A stretch of 64,000 nt of DNA from Patellaria atrata CBS 101060 (taxonomy: Eukaryota). The notes under the pieces were generated by a model that was not told where the DNA came from, searched no databases, and saw nothing but the letters and a program-made list of their open reading frames with translations. The DNA lies in contig MU006113.1 of assembly GCA_010093705.1 (NCBI GenBank), forward strand, positions 243,165-307,164. The letters are read 5' to 3'. Below, one piece after another: positions 26,016 through 40,011 of the stretch. The stretch's first letter is position 1, and every line of letters begins with the position of its first letter. The translations under genes were made by a program, and so were the position numbers.

Positions 26016-26754
26016 GAGGTTGGGGAAGTGGGTATGGTAGAGAGGGAATATGATGAGAGCGCGAGAGATCAGAATGGGAGCAGGAATGGCGATGGAAATA
26101 GGGAGAGTGATATCCAGAATACAAACCTTGGCAGTGGACGCGGAGGAGAGGAGAGTGAGACGAGAATGATCTGCTCTATAGATATAATGTTAATCTATGC
26201 GGGGTTTCTAGGGGTAATGGAATACATGTTTAGCATTCGATGATAACGTATCTCGACTAGGCGGTTCTCAGATCAAGGTGTCACGTTCACTTAAGACGTT
26301 TTGCTGTCGAGGATTAGAGTTTGTACATAATTCCTTTATTGTAGAAATACTGGTTTTATAGTATTCTAGACGTCTTTGAGACTGTGCATCTTCTTAACTT
26401 ACGATCTTGTTCCGCAACTTCAGTCTAAATTTAGAGAGAAGTGGATCCCGTAACAACACCAATAGGGGTTTTAACTTCCCACTCTGGTGGAAAGATTAGA
26501 GTCAAAGGTATACCGGCTGTTAGAAACTTACAGCGGAGTAGACGGGGGCTTGTATGAATGAACTTCCCATGGCTTACCGCAATCATGGCCAAGATGAACA
26601 GGGTTTCCTAAATAAAGTTAGCTCGTTACAATGCTGATAGAACTTGACCCATGTCCGTCTAATATCTTAGCAGAAGCAAATTAAGGTAGTCAACGGAGCT
26701 ACTCTCCGCACCTTCTCCCTGACAGCGAAGGTTCCCGTCTTACAAGTCAATAAG

Positions 26755-27881
26755 ATGCCACTGATCTCAAAGGTAAATCTGAACCAGAAGGTACTGGCAA
26801 ACTTCAAGCGTGACAGTGAAAGGTTCATGACTCTAGCGCCGGAAGGTAACCTTCAAGGACTGCTCCAAAAATATTCTCGTATTTATGCTGCGGCCATAGA
26901 GAGACGTAAGGAACGGAATCCTGAGGATGGTGAAAGTGGGTGACCTACATTTAAGTGTAGTAGAATCCACTGATATGTCTTTAGGGAATGTAGAACGTCC
27001 AACTCCTCCAATCAAGAGTGAAACGTGCTTAGGAATCATCCGTCGGCCATTTGCCCAGGAAGTTCACGAAGCGCTTGGGTTTGAAGGCCACGAGACTCTG
27101 GACATAGCAGGACCGCAGTCTGTCCTTGACAAAGGAAAAAAGTTACATAATTATGGAACCACCGTCACGTTGATAGACCGTAACGTTGTTGTCAAAGCTG
27201 GCTGCGACCTCGATCTGGCGGAGGCTTTGATGATGGATCATATCAGCCAAAACACCCACGACATTCCCTTGCTAAAGCATTTGGGCTCTGTCACCAGCCA
27301 ACGGATGACTTATATCTTCATGAGCTCCATTCCAGGGAAATCCCTACGGGAACCATGGCCTACGCTTGAGAAAGAACAAAAGCTGGCCCTTCGCGATCAA
27401 CTTAGCCAAATTTTCCGACTTTAAGGCAATTACCATTATTGCTCTACGGGATTGGAGGGGGAAGTTCCTCAATTTGTAAAGACACAAGACGGAACATGCG
27501 GTACAGTTCTGATTCTGTGGAAACACAACACGAGTTCAACAAGTTTCTCCTCTCGACGGTGAAGCCACGATACTCCAGAACGTACGTCGAATTTGTAAGA
27601 GAGAAATGCTTGGAAACACACCAACGCATAGTTCTAACTCATGGAGACCTTGCACCAAGGAACATTTTGGTGAGGAATGAAGAAGATCGCATTCGCATCA
27701 CTGGGTTCGTAGACTGGGAACTGTCTGGTAATTATCTGGAGTATTGGGAGTTCGTTAAGTTACTAAATACTGTGTCTTCCATTGAAAATGATGATTGGTG
27801 TTTATTTCTGCCCGAGGACGGATTGGAAGTCACCCACGCCACTGGGCGGTCGGTGCTATTATAGACATGATGATATCATGA
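26755..27881 (+). pseudogene. APH/choline-kinase-like phosphotransferase, frameshifted
   Basis: VVVKAG, EALMMDHI, YIFMSSIPGKSL, LTHGDLAPRNILV and FVDWELSG are spread over ORFs 26755-26943, 26927-27424 and 27439-27864. Frame changes occur near 26940, 27420 and 27820 without intron signals. Confidence 0.75.
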
Positions 27882-29105
27882 GAGCTATTCGAGCCCAGTT
27901 GCTCGAAGACAGTCACTTATCCACGGGGACGTGTGCATCCCCCAATACAGTTTAGAACCCTGGAGTCAAGTGAATCGTCCTGATGCAATCACTCTTGGAT
28001 TAGACCCTACATTTGGCGCAGCTTCAATAACTAGAATAGAGGGATTTCCATCTTCAATAAACGGTTTGCAAGCACAAGGCAAGCAGTTCCTCCACCAGCT
28101 CATATAACAATGATGACATCATGATAGTAATTATTCATCCTAAATGATCGTTTTGAATACATGACGAGGTCGCTGCTTCAGCACGAACCATGCACTGAAA
28201 TAATCCAAAAACTGGCCAAAGGAAGCGTGATATGAGAAGATACATCAGCGATCGATGAACGCGCAACGCACAGCGATATAGGATCAATACCGTCTGCAAC
28301 ACACCGAGACAGAAATTGAAAGGTACTGTGTAAGTATGGTTACTGGCATCCATTGGAATAGCATTTCTACGCTTTTACTAAGCTAAAAAGTATCCGCGCA
28401 CCTCAGGATCTTGGTTGAGTCTTGTAGAAGGACGGTAAGGTTCATGCTGACAGCAGGACATATCGGGTAAGCGAATCAGATAGAAGATCGTAGGGTTGGT
28501 AGTAAGGAGATATGTTGTGTGAGGAGTGCCGAAAGAGACACGATTGTTCTATATACAACCTTGCCTTATACAGTACGGGAAACGCTAAGGTAAGATACGA
28601 ATAGGCAAGAATAAGGTATCAATACCATAGCGAAAAAAGTACGGGTATTGGGTTACTTTAATACTTCCCACCTTACGGGACGTATAGAACTCCTATCATA
28701 GAGCAATCAATAATCTCCGATCATTAGCATACCCGTCCGATCAACGTCTTCATATGAGAATTGACCCAATCCAGTTCCAACTCAAGAATGGTGACCTCCT
28801 AAATGAAAAACTGGCTGTATTCTTACCCTGAACCATGCCTATAGAATGCGATACTATCGACTACTCGGATGCTCCATGTACTGTTACTACTGTACTGAAC
28901 ATTAAGCGACCGCGAAAAGCAACCGAATCAGTACCTAAACCAAAACAACACTGGTTTCCCCGGCAACGAACACGAACAACACCGTATCGCACCCGGGACT
29001 TATATTCCATGCCTTCGATTCTCATATCGTGGTTGTGCAACCTCTGATTGTGATCCCAGAGCCAGAGTGTGATTGCTTCGGTGATGTTGTCCTGGTATGC
29101 CTGCA

Positions 29106-29406
29106 TTATTCAATAGTCCTCAGGCGTTGCATAACAGTGGGGGACTTTGGGCGAGGGAGTTCCTCCACCGAAGATGCGTCGTGGGCCTCGCCACGTAACC
29201 TTGTTGCTGGAGGAATAACGGCTCTCTTCTGCGCTTTCTCCCATGCCTCTCCTCGTAGCTCGGATTCCTCGGATTCTGCTAACACGGCTGCCCTATGCTC
29301 TCCTTGGCGCACTCGGTTTTGCAACGCTTGCCTCTTTACCTCGTCAAGGCCGATGTCGTCGAGAGGGGTGGTCTCGTTTCGACGGGTGGCTTCTTCCACA
29401 CCGGCA
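29106..29406 (-). CDS. Possible terminal exon of a small hypothetical gene
   Basis: 97-codon GC-rich, charged ORF preceded by an acceptor-like ...CTCACCAATCATATCTGCAG. The upstream exon could not be resolved. Confidence 0.25.
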
Positions 29407-30147
29407 CTGCAGATATGATTGGTGAGATAGCAATATACCTCCTTACCTACCTAGCTACTCAGCCAAGTTCAATGGGGAAATTAGTTCGGGTCTTGATGTT
29501 CGTGTATGATTTTCACAAACGTCTAGTACGTGGGTTCCGCGTTTGGTAGGCCTGGCTCTCCGTGCCGTTGGGATTTGATTATCGTGGGGTATGGACAGAG
29601 TAACAGGACAACCGACTCCACGGCATACCAATACAGAAGTTGTTTTGTTGAGCAAGCGTACAAAGACCAGAGGGGGGTTGTTAATAGTGCACGGAGACGA
29701 AGACCGGAGCTTAGAGTCACCCAGAAAGGCAATGGTACAAAAAGGAATAATCCCACGAGAAGACGAAAATTTCAATCTTTAACACGTCGTCTCCCTCTCA
29801 ATTATCGAGTATTAAGTGCCCGTGTCTGTACAGCACCTGTACTGTACACACATACTCCGATATAAAACACATGAACATGAAGTGAAATCCCGTCGCAACT
29901 CATGCTATCCAAATGTGTGACGCCCTAAAGGCACGAAACGATGTAACAGGTGGTAAAAGATGGAAAAGAATACCGATACACCACCTTTTTTTTTTTTCCA
30001 AACGTAAAAGAATATCCCGTTAGAACATGTATAGGTATCATATCCGCATGAGTCCATCTATCATCACCTTACCCCTGTCTCCACATGGTCTCCTTAATTT
30101 CCAACTCCGCCACGCATTCAAAGCTCGTTATTTCCTCATTCCCCCAT

Positions 30148-33100
30148 CTACTCCTTCTGATTCTCATTAAGCAACAACTCGACCACGATCTGTAACTTCT
30201 CGATCTCCGGGTGTTGCAGAGCCAACTTAATCGTCCTATTCCCCGCCGTACCTCCACTCAACGCATCATCTAAACACCTCACATCCCTGCCCGCAATAAC
30301 CTGTCTCAATCTTCCATTTTGGGCATTCCTAATCTCCACGAAATCCGGATCGAACAGGAGGACAAAAGGCCCATAGAGCGCCGCGCCCTTTGCCTTGCCC
30401 ACGAACTCCATGACCACCGACCGGCTAATCTCGCCGTGTTTGTTGACGTAAACGGCGCACTCTTCGTAGCAGAGCAGGAATTCTTGCTCCGAAAGGCGGA
30501 ACATGCCAAGAGGGTTGAGGTTGTTGAGGCGGGTCGCTATGCTCGCGACGGCGGGCGCTTTTAGGTCCGGGACGGACCACGGCTGCTTTTTGTCGAGAGT
30601 GAGGACTTCAAAGCCTTTGGAGGTGCTGACGGCGAGCGAGGAGTTGTACAGGTTGATGCCGAAGCATTCGGCGGGGATGTAGAATTCGTCGTAGTCGCGG
30701 AAGAACTCGGTGCGGCCGGAGCGGAGGAAGGAGCGGGATTTCTTTTCCGTGGATTTCTGGTAGACGGGTTCGAGGACCTTGAAGGTTGAGGAAAGACCTT
30801 CCCGTTTCTTGTAAAAGACTAGGGTACGGTCTTTCATCCTCCCTGTTGCAAAGAAGCCGATATCCCGGTTGCCAGATAGTTTCTGGGGTGCTTTTCGAGC
30901 TGAATCGTTACCTGGGGGTACGCCACCAACGGGGCACACGACATCTAAGTGATACGCTATTAATGATTTGTCGGAAATTAGTAAGAACAGTTGAAAATCT
31001 TCTAAAACGGCGACTTGTGTGACGCGTGGTATGGGAATAGCCTTGGTTAAAAGTTAGCTTGTGGTGTGTGATTATGTTGTATGCACTTACCCTTGACCAT
31101 CCTCTCGGGTTCTCCGTCTCAGAGATGTAGACACCAAAATCCGTACCAACAGCAACCATCTGCTTACCATACGGTTGATTGAAAGCGGTAGCGCAATTGA
31201 CCTTTGCCCTGCAGATCGGACCGGGCCTGCCGGAGTTGACAAACAGCCGCTCGACCTCGTCAACAGCACGATCGAGGGGTGTTCCCTTGATAGTCGGTAT
31301 CTTCTGCCCCGTTACACTGCTCTCATACGCAAAGGCTGAATCAGCCATAACTCTCAACCGGAACGGTTCTGCATTCTGTGAAAATAGGGATGCGGCATGT
31401 TTCGTTTTGGCTTCCCTAATCTTGTCACACCAATCCTGACGATTAGAGGCAGATTGCGAAAATAACGTGTAAGTCTCTTTCCCGAGATGTTTCACCCTGA
31501 AGGGATACAGGATCTTGTCATCATCCTTACTGTTGGACGTAGTCAAGGTTTTCCCCGAGTTTTGAGTGTTGGTTGAACCTAGTGATGACGAAGTGTTTGT
31601 GTGCTGAAGATTGCCTGGAACCGGACTCGGATTGCCTGGTCTCCCTAATCGTGGGTCACCGCCGGTTGCGTTGGCGCTGACGAATCCCTTGACAGCAGAC
31701 TTGACTACCGGAGGATCGTTTTCGCTCTCAAGTACTAGCAATTCCATCGGGATAGGTAACCTTGAGACATCGTACCTCTCAGATTTCAAGCCTGCGTCAA
31801 CGTCTCGATGCTGGACCATCTTTGCCAATACCAGGTAGTGGTCGAACAATAGCGCGTGTGTTTCAAGCCAGGTGAATCTATTGCCTCCCATCCGTTGAAG
31901 GTCCCCTCTGAAGATAAGTTCGCGGCCTAGATGATCAAGATTTAACTCGACTTGATGCATTCCCGGACGCAGGATGAGTTTCGATTGGAGATCTCTCAAA
32001 TCAACCTTTCTCCCCATTTCCGCAACACGGGCATCACACTCCATAGTCACGGCTTTGATCTCTTCGATGGCTATCTGAAGGTTTTTCTTTTCCTCGCTTT
32101 CATGTATAGTTTTATGCAACACGGCATTTAGAAGAAGTCCGTAACGTTGCAGTCGGGTAATAGGTGATTTGAGATAATTATCCCAACCAAGTTTGTTCGA
32201 CATTTTGTTCCCGCGAGTTTGATCCAGGAAGCTGCGGAACAACATATTTCGGTCTGCTTCTTGCCGGATCTGGAAGTCTGCCGAGGGGTAGGCTGCAGCG
32301 TATTCGATGTATGCGTGTTTCGCTTTGCGAATCCATTCCCTAAATATATCGCTATATCCAACAAGCCAAGGTCCCTGCTCTTGCTGTCGATATTTCATCT
32401 GCGGAAGTAAATGGTCCTCATTCGCTTTTCGCACAGCGTCAACCTTACCAAACACATCTTTGATGAAACCGTCAAGTTTCCTAGGAGGTATCACGGGAGG
32501 TTGTGCCCTCAGGAGGGAATCACGGTACAATACCTGAAGTACGTTGAGGGAATCCATGAAGCTGTCCTCACCTTGCACGATCTCATGCAAGATATTCTGT
32601 CGCTCTATCTCCTTCTTGTCTGCATTTTCGACGTCCTCCTTTTTAAGTTTATAGAATGTGGCCCAATCGTCAAGCCTCTTCAAATGCGGCTGCGCTTGAA
32701 GGTCAATTTTCTTCAAAGTCCTTTGACAATGATAAGAATAACATCTACCGGCTGTGCTGTAGTTGTGCAATCTTGATGAATAGCAACCGGACCCCGTGAG
32801 CTGGAATACCACGCCGGTCATGGTCATTGCAGTAAACTTCAACCATTCCTCCTCGTGAACCAACGTTCCCGCATCGTACATGTCCTTGACGATTCGCGCA
32901 CTGAGGGTCTCGGCATCAGCAATATTCATTGTAGGGACCTTGTAAGTAAACAGAGCCACTAAGCCCTCCAGAAGAGCAGATTCCTTGAGATATTCCTCAC
33001 CCTCGGCCAAGCTCCTCAACCACGAGATGATCGCGCTCAACGCCCAAGGCTCCATGCACTTCTTGAAATCGCTTGGTGTGAGTTTGGCCGGATTGAACCG

Positions 33101-35332
33101 TTTCCCAGGAGCGATTAGAGGCAAGTCTAAAGCTACTGCGCTCACACTAGATGGTGTGACTGTTTCGGCACCACTATCATTATTCTGGTACTGAGACTGT
33201 CTGATCTGCTGTTGCCTTAGTCGACGTTCTTGTCTTTCTTCCGCGTCCGTTTTTGATCGGATCGGAGTCATCGCCGGAGGAACAGTGCTATGACTGAGTA
33301 AGGATGTAGACCTTGGGACTATGGTATTTGCTGGACCAGTAATGTATTGGTTGTACTGATTTGGTGCAGCAGGATAGGGAGCAACGGATCCTTGGCTGTA
33401 ATAGCCACCTTGGGATGCGTATGGATGGGGCGCTTCCCCTGCTGGAGGAGGTGGTAACGGTCGATTTTGCGACATACCAGGATGATAAAACATATCTGGC
33501 AAATCGCCTGTTCCTGAAGCGCTGTGGTCATCCAGAAAATCTTTCTCATCGCCTTCATCATAGCTCAACCGCCGACCATGAGCGCTGGGTTCAGAAAGTC
33601 CACCAGTTCCAAAGGTATCAACCCGCGCAGGTGCATTGTTGAAAGGAGGAAATGGGTGGATCGAGCCCATGCCATAGTCATTAGGTTCCTCTCTATCCGA
33701 CCTTCGCTGCGATCCAGATGAGGATATCGTACGAGTAGCCTCATTTACATTGCTGTGTGTGCTAGCAAGCTGCGCAGGCTGCCCACCGTACGACAGGTGC
33801 CCTCCATACCCACCTCCTAATGCGCTGAGGTCACCCAGTACTTGGTAGTCACTATCGCTTCCGGAAACTGGATTTTCTTGTGGTGTTGACTGAGGTTGAG
33901 CAACATAGGAACTAAAGAGCGTGGTCCCTCCACTCTGTCTTCGGGCTTCATCCGCCGCTTCTTGTTCCTCCGCAGCTTGCATAGCAGCCAGACCCGCAGC
34001 TGCTTCAATATCACTTTCGTCACTGTAGTTGTAGGTATCATACTGTGTCAGGTTCGGCGAAAGATGTCCGTTTGTAAGTCTCCCATTCCCCCCTTCCGAT
34101 CCGCGATGCCCAGAGGATGTGTACGACTGCTGAGAGTAGTTGCGGTTATCCACATAAGTCTGGTTGAGCTCAATCCTAGGGCTGGGTTCCGTGGCGGTTC
34201 CTGCATGCAGTACGGCGTTTTCCACTTGGTTGAAGAGGTCATCCTGCGATATAGACTCATCTTCACGACTGTTCGTGTATCTCGCACCGTTCGGATGGCC
34301 GAAATAGTCACTTTCACTATCTGATTCTCGGGGCGGAGGGGGAAGAGGTCGCCTTGTAGTCGCTGATCGCTGAGGGGATTGGGAATGTTGAGGGGGTGGA
34401 GGGCCAGGGGTTGGGGGTAGCGGGTTTGCCGAACTATACGGTTGAGCTGATGAACTATAGTTACTCTGGCTGGATGATCCATGCCGAGAGTCTCGCCCTT
34501 GATGTGTAGGTGGTGACGGTAACGCATTGGAGACCGTAGCATCGGCATCAGGATATGGATATAATGTCTGGGGTTGAGATGGATGTCTTGCAGGAGATGG
34601 TCCAGTACTTCCAGGAGGCGCAACAGGAGGGGAGTATGTGGTCCTATACGGCAGTTGAGACAGACCACTTTGAGGTTGGCCGTATATAGACGTCTGAGAA
34701 TGTTGCCGAGGGCCATATTGTGATTGTGTTCTACCACCTCCGAACTGTTGCTGTGCTAGCGGTGGGGTCGAATATTGTTGCTGCGGTGGGGATGGAAAAC
34801 CAGTTGAGGGGGAATATGCGTTTGGGGAGAACCCATAAGGATGACTTGCTGTTGTATTTGACCTATGCACATTGGCGTCAGTATAAGCAGCAGGGTTGTA
34901 TGGCTGAGGATTGATTGTTTGTGTCCTAACGACGCCTCCGAACGTTTGGGGGTTGGGTTGAGGAATTGGTTGCGCATAGAGTGCTGGATTATAGGCCGCT
35001 TGTGATGTCTGAGGGGATTGGTTACGATATTGCTGTCCGTATCCGGGGCCGACAGAAGTTTGTATTTGGGAAACACCACCACCACCACCACCACCTAGGA
35101 AGAGTTCGTCCGTAGCCCGTGCAGTTACCGATCCACTCCTTTCAGCACTAGAATAGCCGTAGCCAGTTTGTGAACCACCATTAGCTCCAGCCGACATGTC
35201 ATCACCTTGATCGAAGCTTGAGGTCCTACGCATGTACTGTGCTTGATTCTGATACTGTTGAGGTTGAGGCGCCTGTGAAGGAGCGGTTCCATTATTGTAA
35301 TATGGGTACTGGCCGTTCTGATAATACGACAT
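30148..35332 (-). CDS. RGF3: Rho1 guanine nucleotide exchange factor, Rgf3/Tus1 type (DH-PH-CNH)
   Basis: Long low-complexity N-terminus, DH domain (ERQNILHEIVQGE...YLKSPITRLQRYGLLL), PH (RELIFRGDLQR...LFDHYLVLAK) and C-terminal CNH domain. Single intron 31090..31042 (GTAAGT...GCTAAC...AAG). The Rgf3 versus Rom2 subtype is from memory of the pre-DH region. Confidence 0.9.
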
Positions 35333-36536
35333 TGTGAATGGGAAGGATATGCGCCAGGCCTAAAGAATGTCGGTCGAAATCTAGGTGTCCGCCCGCGGGT
35401 TAATAAATAGTTATGAAAGTATGTGATGGCAGCGCCTTGAGGGCGAGACCTTAATCAGGTTGCGGATTTGGCTGCATCTGCTTTGCCTAGAGGCGTAAAA
35501 GGAGGGTGCGAATTGAGAGCGAATATGCATTCAAAGGCTGCGGCGATAAGTGATGATCGATATAGTAGGCTAGGTGACGGTTCGCGATATCGAGGGTACT
35601 ATGCGGCTTCAAGGAGCAGGTATATCCGTATTGGAGGGCGATAAATGCAGGTGGTCAGTATGTGTGACTGCGATTATTATCGGTAGTAAATATGGCGATA
35701 GGTCTTCGAGCTGGTGGAAGAGGGAACGTTAGGGTCGAAGTGTTTGCTGTGTCGTCTCACTTATTCAGGGCTTGGTGGGCTTCACAGAACAGTTCGAGAC
35801 TCAGCCCAAGTCGCTTTCTAGCCGATGAGAACCCGAGCACCCCATCACCTTCATCAGAATTCACATCTATCATTGCGTCGTGTGAATAAGTATCATTGGC
35901 TATAACCGACGCTGTGGTAGATATAATTTTGTTACTATATGGATTCCTACTAACGCAAGGGACATTCCTCCTCGTGGTTGGGCTACGACAGAATTATGTT
36001 ACCCCTCGTGGCCTTGTTTCTAAATACAGAAACACCCACCACTCCATCATATAGGTATGCATATGTATCGGTCGCGATTATGAACTGGGAAATCTACAAG
36101 GCTTGAGCACGGGAATGGCTTTACACTCAAGATGCAACATGTTGATAGCATTCACAACAATGTAATCAAAGGTAAGGTAGATTTGACATTGGGATGGACG
36201 AGAAGCTAATAATACAAGATCACAAAGCAGTGGGAGAACCACAAGATATCTATACTTGGAGTCTCCAAATTGATTCAGAAACACCGGCTCCACCAGCTCC
36301 ATATTGCCCCTATCGTACAGTGCAACTCAACTACAAATACAAATCTTGACATCCATTATCATCAATACGTTTCCAGGTTTTCAATGCTATATTGTACAAA
36401 AGAGGTAAATAACAAAAGAAGACAATTATCTGAAAGTATTGGTTACAGCACCATAAAGCAATCCCCATAGTATTATAGATCGCTCAGGGGTATTCGTTGA
36501 TTTTGCAAACATCACAATTAGAAAGATGTATGCTTA

Positions 36537-37059
36537 TTAGATATGGTCATGGCCTATCCATCCAGTTAGCCACCATATAAAACTCTACAGGATACGACTT
36601 CTACTTACGACCGAGCGGCTTAGCCCTCTTGGAGATAGATTTAGCCTGGCTCTGTTTGATCTTTGCAAGACGTGCCCTTTACGAAAGTTAATATACCATA
36701 CGTCCTTTTGTTGAAGACGGGTAAATTGCTTACTCTTCGGCGGCCTCGCGCTCGAGACGCTTCACTTCTTCTCTAGCACCCCTCACAGCACCTCTTGCTT
36801 GAATAAGTGCTCTGTCTGCATCTCGTTCAGCGGCCTCTGCCCTTAACACTCGCTCACGGGCTCCAACAATAGAAGGATCCTCCTGTCGATTGAAGAGGCC
36901 GCGGCGAGGGCTGGTGTGATTATCCCGGTCAGAGACGGAAGATGATGAACGGCGACGGCCGAATAGAGTACTGCTGCGCTTGGGAGTCGTATCGGTCCTG
37001 GTTGCACGGCTATTAGCCGTGGTGTGGTCGGCAGAATGGCGATTTCCGAAGAGAGGCAT
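36537..37059 (-). CDS. Small basic hypothetical fungal protein (3 exons)
   Basis: MPLFGNRH...DPSIVGARERVLRAEAAERDADRAL...EAAEE|ARLAKIKQSQAKSISKRAKPLG|RHDHI*. Two canonical introns with GTAAG donors give an uninterrupted frame. Confidence 0.8.
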
Positions 37060-37702
37060 GGTTGAGGCTCAAGTTATATACGAAATTTCCCGAATAGAGT
37101 TGTAGAACTTTGAAGATAGAGGTTACGGAAGTCTGCTGATTTTTAAAAAGACGATATATAGAAGTCTGATAAGTAACAAAGTAAAGCGATCACTGTCGGA
37201 GTTTTATACTGTTGATCGTCAGTTCTCCAAATCCTGAATTTGAGCTGGTGTGAGGGCTAATCCGATGACGTCGCTGAAGGTGTGCATCACCTCCACCAAC
37301 TTTTGGCCGTTCCCATGATTTGCGCCACATCAATCTGAAACAAATGATGCAGCGAGGCACTATCTGGAAATTCCTTTGATGCCATTTCAAGATTTGAGGC
37401 TGTTGAGTACACTTAGGAGACCTCTATTAATTCTGAAGCGCTTTGATCGCTTTGGAAGCTTATGAGATGAGGTTTCTACAGCTCAACATCTGGCTTCGTA
37501 AAGATAAGAATAACCACAAGGTATGCATACTCTCTACTGAAGAGATGGCCGTGACATAGCCAAATTACCTTCTCAATTGCATTTGGGCAGGATGCGCGAA
37601 GGGAATAAGCCCAATCCTTTGAACGCTTGATCGAGGTTTCCATTGTTCAAGTCACTCCGCAATGTAAGGAATAGTTGACGATTCTTAGCACTGTTTGAGA
37701 TG

Positions 37703-39213
37703 CTAAAGCTTGAAGTCCACGCTCTCCCGCTCCCACCCCGTTTCAGTTGGCTCTTTATCGGCCAATCTAGCCGCCAATTCCATTTTCGAAACGTGTGGTT
37801 TCTCTGAGCATAGTTCATACACTGTAGCAAGGTTGAATGTTAGGGAGTGGAACGATGGACCAGTATTGGCTATGGAGCTTAGCAAGTCGCGTGCCTAGAG
37901 TGGTCAACAACCATAATATACCACATGGAAGAGGATGTACTTACCTCCCCCACGTATCCGGTATACAGTTTACATATTGCCAAATTCTGCAAGATCATCG
38001 CATCGTCGGGATCGGCGTTATGTAGATCAGCCCATGCGTCCGCTGCAGCCCTATAGTTTCCTCCAACTGTCAAGATCAATGCTTTTACTATTCCGTTGGC
38101 TTCAGCCTCATCTGAAGATGATAATGAGAGACATCTCTTGGCGGCATCCACGTCCCCTACCTTAAGCCACACCATTGCCTCCAGCTCATGTACCTTCCGC
38201 AAGGACTTCATATCGCCTTCAGTATCGGCTCGTAAGGTACGCAGATGTCGGGCAGCCCCTTCTAGGTCTCCCATCTCAATCAACGCGCTTGCCACTCGAA
38301 CACCTAATTCCTCCAACCTAGCTGTCCACAGGTCTTTTTCTACAGCGTCAACGGCTTTGAGGATTGCTGTTCGTGCATCACGTGCAAGTTCGTAGTAGCC
38401 CATGATGCCTCTCCTTCCTTCCCCGAAGCCATGTGCTTGGAGACGCACCGCTAGAACTCGTAATTCCCATGGGACAAGATGCTCATTCGTAAGCGGGTGT
38501 CGATACAGTGATCTACTCAGGTCGCCTAATACCTTTGCTTCCTGTGCTGCCAGCGCATGTTGACCGAGAACCGTCAAGCATGATAAACGTGTGTAAAGCA
38601 AAGCGAAGATTTGCTGGTAATCTGTGGGATCTGTGCTATCGGAGAGAGCGTGGACTGCAGCAATTGCTGCGTGTCGGAAGTGACCATTGCGGAGGAGAGC
38701 TGATATGGGGGTAGATGGGTCAGGTTGGTGGGCGGATTGGATGAAAGGAGGGGGAATGGTCGTTGGCGGAAGATTATGGTAATTAAGAGGTTGTAAGATG
38801 TACGAGAAGTCGCGTGGAGGGACATCGCCTAGTGTCTGACTTGCAAGAAGATTTGAAGAGGTGGATCTTGGTGAGGTTAATGATATGGATGGTGATATTG
38901 GTCGTCGAGCATTTTGAGGAGGCGGTGAAAGCACGGAATCGGCAGCTGAGGGAGGTTCAGATGTAACACCTAGAGGACTGTGAGTTTAGCTGATGCATAA
39001 TCCATACTGAGTGCTTTCTTACTCTTCTACTGGTGCATCTAGTGGACCTTTGGTAGATCGGCGTGGTGTAGCAACTGGTAATCGTATTAATTTTCAGGCT
39101 TATTGCATGCATCGGAGCTTGTGCGGTATGACTCTGTGGCTTAACTTACCTCGTCTCCTTTCATCGGCAGAAGACAACCTGGTATGGGTCTTTGAGCGCG
39201 AAGGAGAGTCCAT
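37703..39213 (-). CDS. TPR-containing protein, TRAPP complex subunit 12 (TRAPPC12)-like
   Basis: Four exons starting at ATG 39213. Motifs: RSTKGPLD, IFALLYTRLSCL, HLVPWELRVLAVRL, QNLAICKLYTG, LTFNLATVYELC. The family call is from remembered motifs. Confidence 0.7.
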
Positions 39214-39635
39214 GTTCAGTTATTCACTCGTATTCCCAATTTATCCTAAAGGGGAGTTTGTTGTTGTAGATCGCTAGATCGATTCAACTTACTCTTAGGG
39301 GGTCCGATTGCAGGAAGCTTCACGTGCTTTATTAGGCAAGTGAGAATGAACAGATGAGCAAATAGTAGAACTAGTAGTTGAGGGAGATGAATAGATGAGA
39401 TGTCAGCACGCGCGAGTTCATGGCAGTTTTTGGCAGTTTGATGCATTAATTGGCAATTCAATCAGCGATATCGGATTGTTGGATGATATGAGATGCATTT
39501 GACACGACATCATTGGGCCAAGCACGCCAACCTGTTCCCAAAGCGCCTCCGCAAACCAAAAGTTGACAAGGGTACCCCCCTCCGCACCGGTCTTGCATCC
39601 CCATCAGCAAAAAACCTGTGCGTTGCTCTATTTCG

Positions 39636-39642
39636 TGACTCA
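39636..39642 (+). promoter_or_regulatory. Candidate Gcn4/CpcA site upstream of ILV2
   Basis: Exact TGACTCA just upstream of the CT-rich putative transcription start region of an amino-acid biosynthesis gene. Confidence 0.4.
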
Positions 39643-39747
39643 AAGGGAATCTATCAAAACACCACCACTCCCCCTCTCCCCACCTCTGATTGTTTGTCCT
39701 TCCTTTTCCTCATTCAATTGATGGTCTAGTACTGTATTCCTCATAAT

Positions 39748-40011
39748 GTAAGTCAATATCTCAATCCTCAATTCAGTAAAGCCCTTGAGCGCATTGTTGG
39801 TCACTCCACTACCATATATCCTCAATTTCCTTACATTGTGCTCTTGACTGTGACCTTCAGAAGTGTTCTCCTGTCATCCTCCTCATAAAGAGAGAATTAC
39901 ATCTGCTTCCACTGCTTTTTTTCTGATGTATGACCTGCTTCGCAAATTCTTCTTTTCGCCATCTTTGTCACCTCCGTTCGTCCTCGGCATAATACTAATC
40001 CACGTCTTCAG
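39748..40011 (+). other. Probable 5'-UTR intron of ILV2
   Basis: GTAAGT at 39748, branch-like TACTAAT at ~39993 and CAG ending at 40011, 60 nt before the ILV2 ATG. Confidence 0.5.

Noticed and set aside
35073..35095. (CAC)n repeat as an independent element
   Set aside because: It simply encodes the poly-Gly tract in the RhoGEF N-terminus.
39581..39590. Leu3 site upstream of ILV2 (CCGCACCGG)
   Set aside because: The spacing is CCG-N3-CGG, not the CCG-N4-CGG consensus.
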